Shown: piece after piece, positions 42,863 to 57,332 of the stretch
Layout: every line of letters starts with the position of its first letter
Numbering within the stretch: position 1 is the stretch's first letter
Assembly (NCBI GenBank): GCA_964016885.1
Contig: OZ024754.1
Coordinates: forward strand, 43,524,001 to 43,588,000
DNA length: 64,000 bases
DNA from: Eledone cirrhosa
Taxonomy: Eukaryota
Reading direction: 5' to 3'
Position numbers and translations under genes: made by a program
The notes under the pieces: generated by a model
The model's database searches: none
Told to the model about the DNA's origin: nothing
The model's input: the letters and a program-made list of their open reading frames with translations, nothing else

Positions 42863-43623
42863 TAAAATATATTTGCCTATACTCTACTAACTTATTAAGT
42901 ACCTTTTTAAACTGTGGTCCCTGTCTAAGCAAGTCTTTTTAAATACATATTCGTGTGGTACTGTATTTGTATATGAATATCTGCGTGCATGAGCTTCGTT
43001 CGCCGTAAAAATGTGAGGGGGACAAACCAACATTTGTTGATTCTTAAAAGAGCATAAATCGCTTATTGTGCCTTTCCTGGACCCTATCACATAAATAAAA
43101 TTTTATGCTGATTAAATTTTATATATTTAAATGAAGTTCAGATATAAAAAAAAAAATAAGCTTAAAAAGAATTTATTATATCACATAAAAAACAAAAAAT
43201 AAAATATAGACGTTTGAAAAAGAAAGGGAGGGGGGGGGGGCTTGTCCCCCTGGTTACCAGGGGACAAGCCCCTGAAACAAGGCCCTTGTATATGTGTGTG
43301 AGTACCTCTGTTTGTATGCTATGTATATGACAATGTCTGTGTTTGTATGTGTGTTTGTATGTGTACGTATATCAGTGCCTGTGTACGTGTGTTTATCATT
43401 TATCCGATATAATCATCTATGTGTATATATGTCCGTATATTTGCATGTATATACTATGTGTATATATGTCCGTATCTATGCATGTATATATATATATACC
43501 TTGAAAACTTTGATAAAAGCCTATTGCCCTATATTGTAAATTCCAACATATTGTTGGCAGCAAGAGGTTGAGACAGAAATACAAATCTTCAATTGGAAAT
43601 TACAACTACAATTCTTATATAAT

Positions 43624-43800
43624 TAATTGTTTCTACTTTTGGCTGAAGGCCAGCAATTATGCCAGTGTATTACTGGTACTTTATTTTATCGATCCCGTAA
43701 GGATGAAAGGCAAAGTTAACCTCGCCGGGATTTGAACTTAGATCATAAAGGGCCGTAATTATTTGCTGCAAAGCATATCTCCGACCTTCTACCGATAATG
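43624..43800 (-). mobile_element. Meta-type SINE
   Basis: Matches 7403-7583. Confidence 0.85.
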
Positions 43801-44021
43801 TTACAATACTAATTACGACTTCAACAATAAAGAAATAATATAAGGACACTAAAACTTTTATTTTTCGATTCTCGCAGTTTCGTCTATTTTGCTGAATGAC
43901 TGTGAAACATAGACATCACATTCAAACTAAGACAAACACTTGAAATGAAATTTACAGCTCACACCTCTGCAGGTCTAGTTGGCCCCCTACGAGGTCGCAG
44001 AACATAGGTTTCTCTAGTATT

Positions 44022-44208
44022 ATAATTGTTTCTACTTTTTGGCACAAGGCCAGCAATTACTCCAGTACATTACTGGTACTTTATTTTATCGACCCCGTAA
44101 GGATAAAAGGCAAAATCAACCTCGACGGGATTTGAACTCAGACCGTAAAAGGACGTAACTCTGTTGGAAAGCATGGCGCCCAACTCTCTACCGATACTGC
44201 CAATCCAG
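44022..44208 (-). mobile_element. Meta-type SINE
   Basis: Matches 7403-7583. Confidence 0.85.
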
Positions 44209-44243
44209 CGCCCTTCTCTAGTATTATAATGATAGAATGATTG

Positions 44244-44742
<499 letters not shown>

Positions 44743-44941
44743 GTATATATATATATATATATGTGTATGTATATATATATATATATATGTGTATGTATAT
44801 ATATATATATATATGTGTATGTATGTATATATATATATATATATGTGTATGTATATATATATATATATGTGTATGTATGTATATATATATATATATATGT
44901 GTATGTATGTATGTATATATATATATGTGTGTGTGTATGTA

Positions 44942-44992
<51 letters not shown>

Positions 44993-44997
44993 ATATA

Positions 44998-45068
<71 letters not shown>

Positions 45069-45077
45069 GTATATATA

Positions 45078-45122
<45 letters not shown>

Positions 45123-45165
45123 AGCTAGATCGAATCCAGCTGTTTGCCTTTTATATATATGTATG

Positions 45166-45203
<38 letters not shown>

Positions 45204-45643
45204 CAGAGAGAGAGAGATAGAGAAGGTGGTGCGATGAAGGGGGGGGGGGGGCTGTAGTAAGAGGAAGGGAATTGATCTGATGTCGGCAGCAAGAGAACTA
45301 AAAGCTGTCTTCATCATTTAAGTGTCAACTTCAACAGAACATTTTGTCAAATCTGACACAAGGTGAAGACATGTTGAAAGACTTCACTTCAACTAATCTC
45401 TTTAGATTTACAGCTTAACAACACCCACGCCACCACTTCCACACTGTTCACACACACACACAGACACACACACACACACACACATACACACATATATATA
45501 TATATATATATATACATATATATACATATATATATATGTTTCTCTCATCTTCTATCTATCTATTTCAATGGCTACTCCTCTCTTTCTCTCTTTATCTGCT
45601 TGGCTCTCTTTCACCCTCTCCCTCTCCCTCAACCCCCCCAATA

Positions 45644-45679
<36 letters not shown>

Positions 45680-45721
45680 TATCAGATGTGAGAAAAACCA
45701 CAGACCCTCCATCTCAACTCA

Positions 45722-45759
45722 CCTTTTGAAAAGCATAAGAACTGCGAAACCGGTAAAGG
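45722..45759 (+). ncRNA. Minimal hammerhead, U3-A8 variant (family E)
   Basis: CCUU-UUGAAAA-GCA UAAGAAC UGC-GAAA CCGG UA-AAGG, then AATAAA. Confidence 0.7.
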
Positions 45760-45871
45760 AACCAAATAAATATATATATTTAAAAAAAAAATAAGACTTC
45801 AGTTGCATTTTCGATTTCATCCCTTTTTCTTTATAAATATATATATATATATAAAAATATAAATATCTATC

Positions 45872-45907
<36 letters not shown>

Positions 45908-45916
45908 ATATATATA

Positions 45917-46046
45917 TAACAAAGGAATTGTAGTAAGGACCCAGATGGACCATAACGCACCAGGGTACTCAATAGAGTGGGAAATAGGAAAAAGTATGAC
46001 CCCGACGGCAGAGCTCAAGCCGTTTCGACGGCTATTTCTGGACACA
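45917..46046 (-). mobile_element. Family B element (single arm)
   Basis: gaccccgacggcagagctcaagccgtttcgacggctatttctggac plus tail to (TA)n. Confidence 0.8.
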
Positions 46047-46239
46047 GATATATATATATATATATATATGGTTATCCCTATGTATATAGGTATAAATATA
46101 TATATGTATATATCTGAGTGAGTGAGATTGTTTGTGTGTATATGTGTATATGTATTTAAAAAATGTGTATATGTATGTAGATAGGATAACCCAGGTCACA
46201 TAGAAGAAGGAGAAGAAGAAGAAGAAGAAGAAGAATTCA

Positions 46240-46427
46240 GTTGATTTGGCAGTAATTGGTAGAGTATCGGACACCGTGCTTTGCGGCATCGAGTTACGGC
46301 CTTTTATGTTCTGAGTTCAAATTCCGCCGAGTTTAGCTTTACCTTTCTTCCTTACGGGTCGATAAAATAAAGTACCAGTAATACACTTGGATAATTGCTG
46401 GCCTTGTGTCTATAGTAGAAATAATTA
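46240..46427 (+). mobile_element. Meta-type SINE
   Basis: ttggcagtaattggtagag...gagttcaaattcc...gggtcgataaaataaagtacc. Confidence 0.85.
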
Positions 46428-46974
46428 TATCCACTACATGTATCATAGCACGGGGAAAGGCGCTCCATCGAGTGAAACGCTGCAGTCGCATAACCTGCTA
46501 GAAATAGCAACCAAATCAGCTCTATTAACATGTATCTGTTATTGTTTAAAGAGACAAACATATTTGCCAATATAGTCCTAGATATAGAACAAAGTGGGAA
46601 AGCATTTGCGGTCTTGTCCGAGGGACGCAGCCCCATTACCACCACGCCCTAGGCCCAGAGCCACCACCACTACCACCACCACCATCACACCCACCACCTC
46701 CACCACACCCACCACACCCTCCACCAACACCACACCCACCAGTAACTTCTCGTCTTACATATTTATTGTCAACCCATTTAATTATTCATTCATTCATTCG
46801 TTCGTCCGTCTCATCCCCCCCCCCCATTCTCTCATTCTCTCCCCATTCCCTCACCCTCATCCCCTCATTCTCTCCCCCCATTCCCTTATTCTCTGGAACG
46901 AAACATTATTGCTATTACATCACTGCACGTAACTTTGTAGATAATAGAAGAGGACTTGCATTTAGTACTGCATT

Positions 46975-47400
46975 GTATAGTGAAGTGGTTGGTGATGTAA
47001 GGGGCCACTACACCCTGTATAACAGATAGTGAAGTGGTGGTGATGTAAGGGACCACTACACTCTGTATAACAAATAGTGAAGTGGTGGTGATGTAAGGGA
47101 CCACTACACCCTGTATAACAGATAGTGAAGTGGTTGGTGATGTAAGGGACCACTACACCCTGTATAACAGATAGTGAAGTGGTTGGTGATGTAAGGGACC
47201 ACTACACCCTATATAACAGATAGTGAAGTGGTTGGTGATGTAAGCGACCACTGCATTACATATAATGAAGTGGTGGTGATGTAAGCGACCACTGCATTAC
47301 AGATAGTGAAGTGGTGGTGGTGTAAGCGACCACTGCACTCTGTATAACAGATAGTGAAGTGGTGGTGGTGTAAGCGACCACTGCACCCTGTAATACAGAT
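46975..47400. repeat. ~48-bp minisatellite, ~9 copies
   Basis: gtataacagatagtgaagtggttggtgatgtaagggaccactacaccct units. Confidence 0.92.
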
Positions 47401-48208
47401 ATATGTTACAGCTTTTATCCACAGCTCATATCCAAATGTCCGGATAAGTTTCTTTACAATGTAACCCGATATAGGATATCATTGCCGACGATTTTAGCAG
47501 GCGAGGGAAACACGACAGTTACCTACATATCATGAAGACAGTGTGTACGTGTGTGTACGGGTGTGTTTATGTGTGTGTGTATGGGTGTGCGTGTGTGGGT
47601 TGTATGTGTATGTGTTCGTGAGTGTGTATGTGTGCGTACGCGCGTGTGTGTGTGTGTGTACGTATGTGTATGTGTTCATGTGTATGTGCACGTGTGTGTG
47701 TATGTGCCCGTGTGTGCATGTGTATGTACGTGTGTATGTACGTGTGTGTGTGCATGTGTATGTGTGTTATCTGTGTGTACATGTGTGTGTGTGTATGTGT
47801 TCGTGTGTGTGCACGTGTGTGTGTTTATGTGTATGTGTACGTGTGTGTGTATGTGTATACGTAGGTATATATAATATTCATTTATGGTTTCCGCCATTAG
47901 ACAGTCGCCATGTTGGAAGTCGCCTTAAAAAGATTTAGTCAATCATATTGACTCCATTACATTTTTTCCTAGTCCTTATGTTTGTAGAACCTCTAAGTTA
48001 AGGACCAGAATCTAACACATGAATGATGGCCCTGAGATAAACTGGAGAAACTCCACAATAACAACACTATTTATTTAGCCTTAATAAAATGAATATTAAA
48101 ACTCTACTTCGATAATTGAGTTCTCCTTTCTCTCAGCTTTCAACCTCATAAGGATATATATACATATATATACATGTATATATATGTATATATATATATA
48201 TATATATA

Positions 48209-48261
48209 CATTCACAGTTGACACTCTTAGGAGAGAGAGGCCGAGGTTGACATATGTTGAC

Positions 48262-48311
<50 letters not shown>

Positions 48312-48475
48312 TCACAGTTGACACTCGTAGGAGAGAGAGGCTGAGGTTGACATATGTTGATGCCCTGAGAACAGACACTGGTCTCTTGGAGACGCAAGAC
48401 ATGGCACCGATGATGAGGGACAGAGACCGCTGGAGAGTACTCGCCCATGGATCTCGGAAATTTGACCCGCCCTAG
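48209..48475 (+). mobile_element. RTE LINE 3' fragment with a duplicated 5' piece split by (TA)n
   Basis: RLTYVDALRTDTGLLETQDM...RDRDRWRVL. 48209-48260 duplicates 48309-48360. Confidence 0.85.
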
Positions 48476-48849
48476 ACATCAGAAGAAAGAATGAGAAATC
48501 AGAAATATTGAAGGAACGAGCGGGGTGGAATTGGAAAAAAAAATGTTTTAAGAGAAAAAGGAGGATGGGGCAAAAAAACTGAAGCAGAATTTTGGTTGGC
48601 ACGAGCTCCACAGATGCCAAAGTAAGCTATAAGATATATGTTTTAACATGTGAAGCATCTTGAAACTTGCAATTTGATTAGGATCATCTTTAGCTGTGAC
48701 GTCCAATCTGTATTTATATATATTATACAGTTATATTATTATAGCGTAACAAGAGATTGGTTGGATTAGAAACAAATCATTACAAGCTTACATTTCATTG
48801 AGATTCGTTATATTAATGACTTTCTTGGAATTTATTTGTAACAAGTATG

Positions 48850-48893
<44 letters not shown>

Positions 48894-48894
48894 C

Positions 48895-48970
<76 letters not shown>

Positions 48971-48973
48971 GTA

Positions 48974-49014
<41 letters not shown>

Positions 49015-49053
49015 GTATGCATATATATATATATATATATATATGTATATGTA

Positions 49054-49089
<36 letters not shown>

Positions 49090-49095
49090 ATTTAT

Positions 49096-49138
<43 letters not shown>

Positions 49139-49307
49139 ATTTATTTATTTTATATATATATATATATATGTAGAAGTTCTATTTAAATTGTTGGGATACA
49201 ACAAGCAAATATTTTTATAACTGATATAAAGCACTCAACAAATTATTGGAGTAAAAATACGATATGGAAAAAATACAAATGGAAACTATATTTATAAAAC
49301 CATATTT

Positions 49308-49370
49308 ATTTCATTATACATATTTCAAGGACACCAAGTTAAATTATGGTGTGCTTTCATCAGATAAAAT
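49308..49370 (-). ncRNA. Minimal hammerhead (family J), left arm
   Basis: Reverse complement AUUUUAU-CUGAUGA-AAG CACACCA..UGGUGU CCUU-GAAAU AUGU AUA-AUGAAAU. Confidence 0.8.
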
Positions 49371-49469
49371 GTAATATAGAGCAATTTTATTATCCGGGAG
49401 CTTCCAACAGAAATGGTCGCATTCTTTAAGGGTATGTCAATATTTATTTATAAAACTGCTCTATATTAT

Positions 49470-49532
49470 ATTTTATCTGATGAAAGCACACCATAATTTA
49501 ACTTGGTGTCCTTGAAATATATATAATGAAAT
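49470..49532 (+). ncRNA. Minimal hammerhead (family J), right arm
   Basis: AUUUUAU-CUGAUGA-AAG CACACCA UAAUUUAACU UGGUGU CCUU-GAAAU AUAU AUA-AUGAAAU, then AATAAA. Confidence 0.82.
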
Positions 49533-49601
49533 AAATATGGTTTTATAAATATAGTTTCCATTTGGTAATATATCGTATATATATATGTATATATATATAT
49601 G

Positions 49602-49633
<32 letters not shown>

Positions 49634-49774
49634 TATGTGTGTGTATATATATATATGTGTGTGTGTATATATGTGTATATATACACACACACACATATAT
49701 ATATATTTATATATGTAGATTTAACACTTCACTGCTCGCAAGTGTTTTTTAAACTAAATATCATAGGCGGAGAT

Positions 49775-49806
<32 letters not shown>

Positions 49807-50411
49807 GGGGAGAGAGAGAGTGAGAGAGAAAGAGTGGGTGGGGTGCAGGAGTGGTAGAATCCACCCCAGTATATGACTGGTGGTGGTGATGGTGGCGGTG
49901 ACAAACATTATGGTGGTGACGACTGAATTATTTTCATGACGCACGCTTTTCTCGAGGAAGGTTTTTCCGCTTTGGAGGGCGATGGAGATTTTAACCTCCA
50001 TTTTCTTTCCCCCCCAAAAAATTATAGGCGTAATTTTAAATTTAAAGTTGATATATTTAGGGCAAAGGCCCAAATATTATGAGGTCGCCCTTTCAGAGAG
50101 AAATGTATGGTACCCTATTAACTGTTTGTAATATAGTAGTAGATATTTGCCTAAGTTCCCCTGCAGAGGGACTGGATCCAGAACGAGGTAGCTGCGAAGC
50201 GAACTCCTTAACCACACAACCTTTCCAGTTATTATATATAAACCTTTTAATATATAAATTTCAATCAAAATATAGAAAAACAAATTCATGGTATTAATGT
50301 ATGCAAAGAAAACCTGGGATAAATGGCTGTATTTCGGTTTTGTTTATTTAAAACTAATGGGAAAATTATGGGAAACTCATTAAAAGAAAGTTACTTATGC
50401 CAACGAAAACT

Positions 50412-50458
<47 letters not shown>

Positions 50459-50540
50459 GCATACACACACATTTATAACATGTAGGCGTCTAAACACCAC
50501 ACCAGAAATATAAATTTACCTATGCATTGAAAAAAAATAA

Positions 50541-50589
50541 ACACCTTTAATCGATTTTCGGACCCATATGGATCTTCATCAGAATGTGT
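50541..50589 (-). ncRNA. Minimal hammerhead ribozyme
   Basis: Reverse complement ACACAUU-CUGAUGA-A GAUCC AUAU GGGUC C-GAAA AUCGAU UA-AAGGUGU. AAUCGAUU palindrome. Confidence 0.8.
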
Positions 50590-51707
50590 GTATATATTTT
50601 AAACAACCAACCGCATGGAAACACGTATTTGATGATTTAAATATTGTCCAAGTCCGTAACTCACCACAGCGCCTCTACCACTCAAACAGAAGTTATATGT
50701 TCGTACATATATATTTTGATGTCACATATACATTTTCTGAGTAAACCCTCTCGCAGAAAGACACTCCAACATAGGAAAGAAATGCTGCGACGTCACTCCA
50801 CTTGTTAGACATAGCAGCTAAATAATTTTAAAATCACAACATCCTAGTTTTGGGGGGTTTTTTGTAAAGGAAAATAATATTTCCCAATGGTCCTGGAATG
50901 GAAAGCATTTGGATATGGTCCTATAAGGTGGATTAGGCTAAACAAAAGCTAATAAACACGATCAAAATTAATACACTATGTCTTTGACGGCGAACTTGCA
51001 GCTGTATGGAACTTTGCTAACTCTTGCTTTGCCATATTTCTAATTAAACCCACTGCGTATGATTTTCAAATTGTATAAAAATAGTAAATTGAGAGATTTA
51101 GTCATTTAATTAACGTTCTCGTTAATAAGCTGGTGATTGGTAAATAACTTAAAGGTTCTTATACATAATTATGGAAAGGTTTTAGATGAATATAAGCATT
51201 TTAAAATACGCAGTTTTGTAACTTAGCATCATGGGTGGTATCGGGTGGTTTCGTATCAAAAGGGTTAAGATATATTTAAATTTTGTTTCAGTCTGCTGGC
51301 TTCCTTGCCGATAAGGAATGTCTAATAGCCACATAAAAAATATATTGTTGGTGTCTTTATGTGGTTGCTGGAGATGCTTGAAATAGTAGCCAAAGGTGCC
51401 ATAAAATACACTATAGAGTCTAAAGAACAGGAAGGACAGGTTGGTCACGGCTGGACTTTGCTATTTATAACACTAACACTACGCCCTCCTTTTAAATATG
51501 CATATGTATGTATACGCACCACCCTCTCTCTCTCTCCCTTTCTCTCTCTCACTTTCTTTCTCTCTCTCTCTCTCTCTCCCTGTCTATCTCTCTCTCTCTG
51601 ACTCTCTCAATATATATATTTATATATATAGAGAGAGAGAGTTAAAAAATATATATAAGCATATAGATACACATACAAATATAAACATACACACATACAT
51701 ATATTAC

Positions 51708-51804
<97 letters not shown>

Positions 51805-51839
51805 TATATAAACATACACACAAACATATATTACATATG

Positions 51840-51871
<32 letters not shown>

Positions 51872-51885
51872 TATATATATATATA

Positions 51886-52073
51886 TTTATTAAAATAACA
51901 GATTAAACTTTAATCTGTTATTTTAATAAATATTTGCTCTACAGTTCTTATATATTTGATATATATTTATCCTTATCGAGCCCTCTTTGGATTTTAGTCT
52001 TCAAATTTATTATTATTACTATATATATATATAAAGGTGAAAGCAGCAAATCTTTGCTTACACTTTAATCTGT
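51886..52073 (+). mobile_element. Family A tail with a short fold-back, plus a second fragment
   Basis: tttattaaaataacagattaaa-c-tttaatctgttattttaataaa, then tail to ttattacta(TA)n. Confidence 0.8.
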
Positions 52074-52088
52074 ACTACCACTACTAAC

Positions 52089-52123
<35 letters not shown>

Positions 52124-52273
52124 GGGTGGGTGGGGGTGGGGGTATTATGTTGCTAACAGAGAAATAAAACACGATATGCAGCATGTTATTATATTTATGT
52201 CTAATTGTTATACCATATAATGTTTATATATCTAAATCCAGCATAATCTTGCCGTGGACTGAATCTCGAGGGA

Positions 52274-52321
<48 letters not shown>

Positions 52322-52342
52322 TTATACATATATATATATCTT

Positions 52343-52499
<157 letters not shown>

Positions 52500-52637
52500 C
52501 TTTATATATATATATATTTATATATCTTTATATATATATGTATATTTATATATCTTTATATATATATATATCTTTATATATATATATACATATATATATA
52601 TCTTTATATATATATATCTTTATATATATATATATAT

Positions 52638-52683
<46 letters not shown>

Positions 52684-52844
52684 ATACATATATATATGTG
52701 TGTGATATATATATATATATAATCTCCATGACACTTTTAAATTGTCTGCACTTTCTATGTTCGTTAAATCTTCGTCTCAGTCCACTAAACAGCGGCTGTT
52801 GCTATGGAATGGGCATCCGTCAGTTTCGTGGTGGTTATTGTAAT

Positions 52845-53095
52845 GAACAAAAGAATACGAACACGAATACAAGCAGCTGAAATGGGGTTCCTCCGAAGGG
52901 TATCTGGAGTAAAGTTACTCTATCGAGTGCCTAACTCGGAGATCAGAGAGTCACTCCAGGTAGAGCCGCTATTTCTACCAATTGAGAGATCACAGCTCTG
53001 ATGCTATAGACATGTGGTTAGACTGTCTCAGGAAAGAATCGCTGGACAGATTTTACGGGCAAAACCAACTGGCTAGAGACCCCAGGAGTAGACTC
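52845..53095 (+). mobile_element. RTE-clade LINE RT C-terminal fragment
   Basis: [20 protein letters not shown]...RVPNSEIRESLQVEPLFLPIERSQL*, an AAEM.FLRR...N.EIR signature. Confidence 0.85.
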
Positions 53096-53134
53096 CGTTC
53101 TCCTGCATGGAGCAGCAACCTAGCCTCCCACTAA

Positions 53135-53490
53135 CCCACTAAGGCCCTGACAAAGAGGATTGATAGCTTCGATAACAGAGCTCTGAAGACCATCAAAAAC
53201 ATTAGATGGGACCACCATGTTTCCAACAAGGTGATGCCTCCTGCGTGCACACATCAGTCCACAACTTCCCGCCTCATAGCTATAGGCTGCATGCGCTGGT
53301 ATGGACATGTCCTCTGCTTTCCACCAGATCATCCTACCAGGGCCTGTTGTGTTGCCTGCGTGCACACATCATCTCACTAAGACCCTGGTAAAGAGGATTG
53401 ACAGCTTCGATAGTAGAGTCCTGAGGACCATCAAAGCATCAGATGGGAACGCCACGTTTTCAACCAGGTGTTGTCTGCTAACACGCATCA
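53135..53490 (+). mobile_element. Two degenerate RTE-like fragments
   Basis: LTKTLVKRIDSFDSRVLRTI occurs twice; a third copy is at 55430-55505 (-). Confidence 0.6.
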
Positions 53491-53841
53491 GCTCACAGCT
53501 TTACATGGATGTAAGACATCAGTATATAAGGACTTGAAATCCTTGTATAAGGACTCGCGTTATAAGGAACAAGAAGGAAGAGATTCTAATGGCAGGCTTC
53601 ATGTGTTTCTTAAAGTGAATTTATAAGTTAGGAGAGGTCAGCGAGACAATGTGAACAGGGAGAGGAAACTAGGCCAGGGATTCTGACACTTCGTTGGTTT
53701 GTTGGTTGCTAAATTAGTTATAAGCTTCTTAATAAGAAGATGAATGTTCTAGATATCATTTAAGTGTATCTCTGTGTCTGCCTGTGTGAGATTGTGTGCG
53801 AGCGTGTGTACGTATATAAATGTATGTGTAGAAACACATGT

Positions 53842-53879
<38 letters not shown>

Positions 53880-53913
53880 TTCTGAATATCTGTATTTATA
53901 CATAGATATTTAT

Positions 53914-53946
<33 letters not shown>

Positions 53947-54431
53947 CAGTATATATATATATTATATATATACAGTATATATATATATTATATATATATA
54001 TACACATATACACACATATACACACACACATATACATACATACATATACATACACACATATATACACACACATATACATACATATACATACACACATATA
54101 TACACACACATATACATACATACATGTGTGTGTGTGTATATATATGTGTGTGTATGCACGTAGGTATGCGTGCGTGCACCAATGTATGCATCGAAGCAGA
54201 GTGATATTAGTTACTAATATAGCATTAAAAAGAAATGTACCAAGGTTCAGCACTGATTCACATATCGTATTCTGTTTCACATTTACAGCTAAATTAAAAA
54301 GCTAAAGTAATAAAGACTACAGGCATTTAACTGCTTTGCTTAGAACGTCACGTCACTACTTAAAATGGATATTAATAAACACATACATACACACACAGAC
54401 ATATATATAGACAGACACTGAAACATACATT

Positions 54432-54461
<30 letters not shown>

Positions 54462-54464
<3 letters not shown>

Positions 54465-54846
54465 AATTAATAAAAACAATGAATAAAAACAAAGAACAAG
54501 TTCCTTATATTAAAAAATTCATCATTTTACGATCGTTTCTAGGATATATATGTGTGTTGGTATGTATATTTACTATGATAGTTTGTAATATTTTTACATA
54601 GATCTATATGATATACATACCAACACACATATATATCCTAGAAACGATCGTAAAATGATGAATTTTTTTAATATAAGGAACTTGTTCTTTGTTTTTATTC
54701 ATTGTTTTTATTAATTTATCTTGACTCTGTTTTCCTATGATTTTCATCGAAAATTTTTGAATGCATCTTCTCTTTTCATGATATTTGGATTACATTGAGT
54801 TCTTCATACGGATTGGACACTACCGTATATTTTGGTAGATTTATCT

Positions 54847-54848
<2 letters not shown>
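54462..54848 (+). mobile_element. Fold-back element (~107-bp arms) with half hammerheads and tail
   Basis: 54462-54568 is inverted at 54612-54719. Each arm has GAAA CGAUCG UA (ACGAUCGU palindrome) but no CUGANGA. Confidence 0.75.
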
Positions 54849-54919
<71 letters not shown>

Positions 54920-54999
54920 AATGTGTATGTAATAACACAATCGGTACAGTATATGGAAGGGATATATTAGGTTAACGCTTGATATAGCAGGAAGAGGGG

Positions 55000-55033
55000 C
55001 TTAACGTTTCGGACGCTAGTCCTTCATTAGAAG
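55000..55033 (-). ncRNA. Degenerate ultra-minimal hammerhead
   Basis: Reverse complement CUU-CUAAUGA-A GGAC UAGC GUCC-GAAACGUU-AAG, with a G5A core mutation. Confidence 0.65.
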
Positions 55034-55184
55034 AAAGAATGAGAAATAAGATAGATTAAGGGCACGGGTGGGTTGGAATTTGAAAAAAATGTCTTTAGAT
55101 AAAAATAACAGGTCCATTCATGTTGACATCTCTTAGAAATAGAACGCATTCTAAATCCCTGTATTATACATAGATGTTTTTTAA

Positions 55185-55282
<98 letters not shown>

Positions 55283-55377
55283 TTGAATGCACACGTGCTT
55301 TTTCTCAAAAAGATGTTTCCGTTCCTTCCTTCTCTCACTCCCTCTATCTTTCTACTTCATATTTGGAATGTCATTCT

Positions 55378-55415
55378 ATTGTCTGATGATGGACTAGTGT
55401 CCGAAACGTTTGTTG
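55378..55415 (+). ncRNA. Ultra-minimal hammerhead (poor stem I)
   Basis: CUGAUGA-U GGAC UAGU GUCC-GAAACGUU. AACGUU palindrome. Confidence 0.6.
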
Positions 55416-55751
55416 AAAACGTGGTGGTACCATCTGATGTGTTGATGGTGCTCAGGGCTCTCTGCTATCGAAGCTGTCAATCCTCTTTTCCAGGGTCTTT
55501 GTGAGGGGCCACTTTTCTGCTCCTTAGAGGAGAACGGTGAGGACCCATGCCTTGTAAATACAGAACTTTGTCTTCTGGGGGGAGATTGTGCAATAGTGCC
55601 AAAGGAGCTTTGATAGGGAGGGAGTGCATCACCCCTTTCATCCCTAAGGGGTCGATAAAATAAAGCACCAGTAATGCACTGTTGTTGTTGTTACAGCTCA
55701 CACCTATGCAGGTTTAGCTGGCCTCCTCCAAGGTATATCTCGTTGGAGGTG

Positions 55752-55877
<126 letters not shown>

Positions 55878-56410
55878 GAATGCTCAGACACTTGAAAGGA
55901 CAGGCTGTTCCGTTTTTCAAACAACTAAAACACTTGTTCTCGAGACTGACGGATATGTATATTTAATAATTGTTTCTACTTTAAGCACAAGGCCAGCAAT
56001 TAACCAGTGCATTACTGGTGTGGAATGGTGTATCAATTACTGTTAAGAGAGACAGGAGAGAGAAGAGAGTGAGAGAGAACGAGAGAGAGAGAGAGAGAGA
56101 GGAGAGGGAAAGAGAGAGTGAAGAGAGAGAGGAGAGAGAGAGGGGTGAGAGAAGAGAGAGAGAGAGAGATGTTTGACAATGACAACTAACCTAAGAAAAT
56201 AAGAAAAGACAAAAACTTGTAAGGTTGACAATAATGAGTTAATTAAGAATAAGTTACACAATGACAATAATGAAGTATTACATCATTAGATAGTTACTAC
56301 AGTTGCTGGTGGTGGTGGTGGTGGTGCTGGTGGTGCTGGTGCTGGTGTCACTGGTGTTACTGCTGCTGTTACTGGTGCTGGTGTTACTACCTCCAATATT
56401 AACATCTCAC

Positions 56411-56539
56411 CCTGTAGAGATATGACCCGGCGCTGTAATGTCTGCAGGAAGTGGTCCCTTCATCCCTTCATTACAAACATAATTACAAATGACATTGTTA
56501 TTGTTGGGTCTTACTTCCGGTAGATGATGAAGCCGCCAT
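56411..56539 (-). CDS. Candidate pair of small exons (56539-56515 and 56441-56411): MAASSSTG-NITAPGHISTG
   Basis: acaATGGCGGCT...GGAA|gtaaga, 73-nt intron, ttcctgcag|ACATT...ACAGG|gtgaga. The joined frame is open. Confidence 0.25.
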
Positions 56540-56762
56540 TGTAGATATATACATATAGGTGTAATAACTAGAATGGTATGGACCTCCGTTGGTTTCGACG
56601 ATCACTGTTCCAGATAATCAATTAACAGAACAACCTGCTCATAGAATTGACCTGTAAATAACTGAACCTTGAAAACATACATGTACCTTTAATGAAATTC
56701 TCAGGGAGATTCAGTGTGTCACAAGGATTGATAGGGTTTGACAAGGTGTGACAAGTATAGCC

Positions 56763-56871
56763 CATCCGCCGGGGTTAACTTTGCCTTTCATCCTTACGGG
56801 GTCGATAAAATAAAGTACCAGTAATACACTGGATAATTGCTGGCCTTGTGCCTAAAGTAGAAACAATTATT
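56763..56871 (+). mobile_element. Meta-type SINE 3' half
   Basis: ttaactttgcctttcatccttacggggtcgataaaataaagtacc. Confidence 0.85.
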
Positions 56872-56946
56872 AAAGGCATTCGGATGTTTTAACAGTTATT
56901 TTTCATCTTTGAGTTTACGATTTATCTATGAACTTCATATATATAT

Positions 56947-56984
<38 letters not shown>

Positions 56985-57108
56985 ATCCCAGGTTCAATCG
57001 GGGGTAACGACAGTAAGTAAGGTACTCAATACATAGCAGAGTATATATTTTTAATATAGAAATGGCTTTCTTCGAATGAAACAGTTCTAGTCCTGTAGAG
57101 GCCATTTC
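56985..57108. mobile_element. Family F tail (-) with inverted half HHR (+)
   Basis: cccaggttcaatcgggggtaacgacagtaagtaaggtactcaatac, then gaatGAAAcagttctagtcctgTAgaggcc. Confidence 0.75.
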
Positions 57109-57121
57109 TCTCTCTCTTTGT

Positions 57122-57278
<157 letters not shown>

Positions 57279-57279
57279 A

Positions 57280-57332
<53 letters not shown>

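Noticed and set aside
43237-43272. GC hairpin as Helitron 3' end or terminator
   Set aside because: No CTRR terminus follows and there is only one copy; intrinsic terminators do not apply in this eukaryotic context.
46975-47400. Possible CRISPR array
   Set aside because: Head-to-tail minisatellite without variable spacers, in a eukaryotic context.
53180-53430. CTGAAGA / CTGAGGA as hammerhead cores
   Set aside because: They lie inside RTE coding remnants, with no stem II-GAAA-stem I arrangement.
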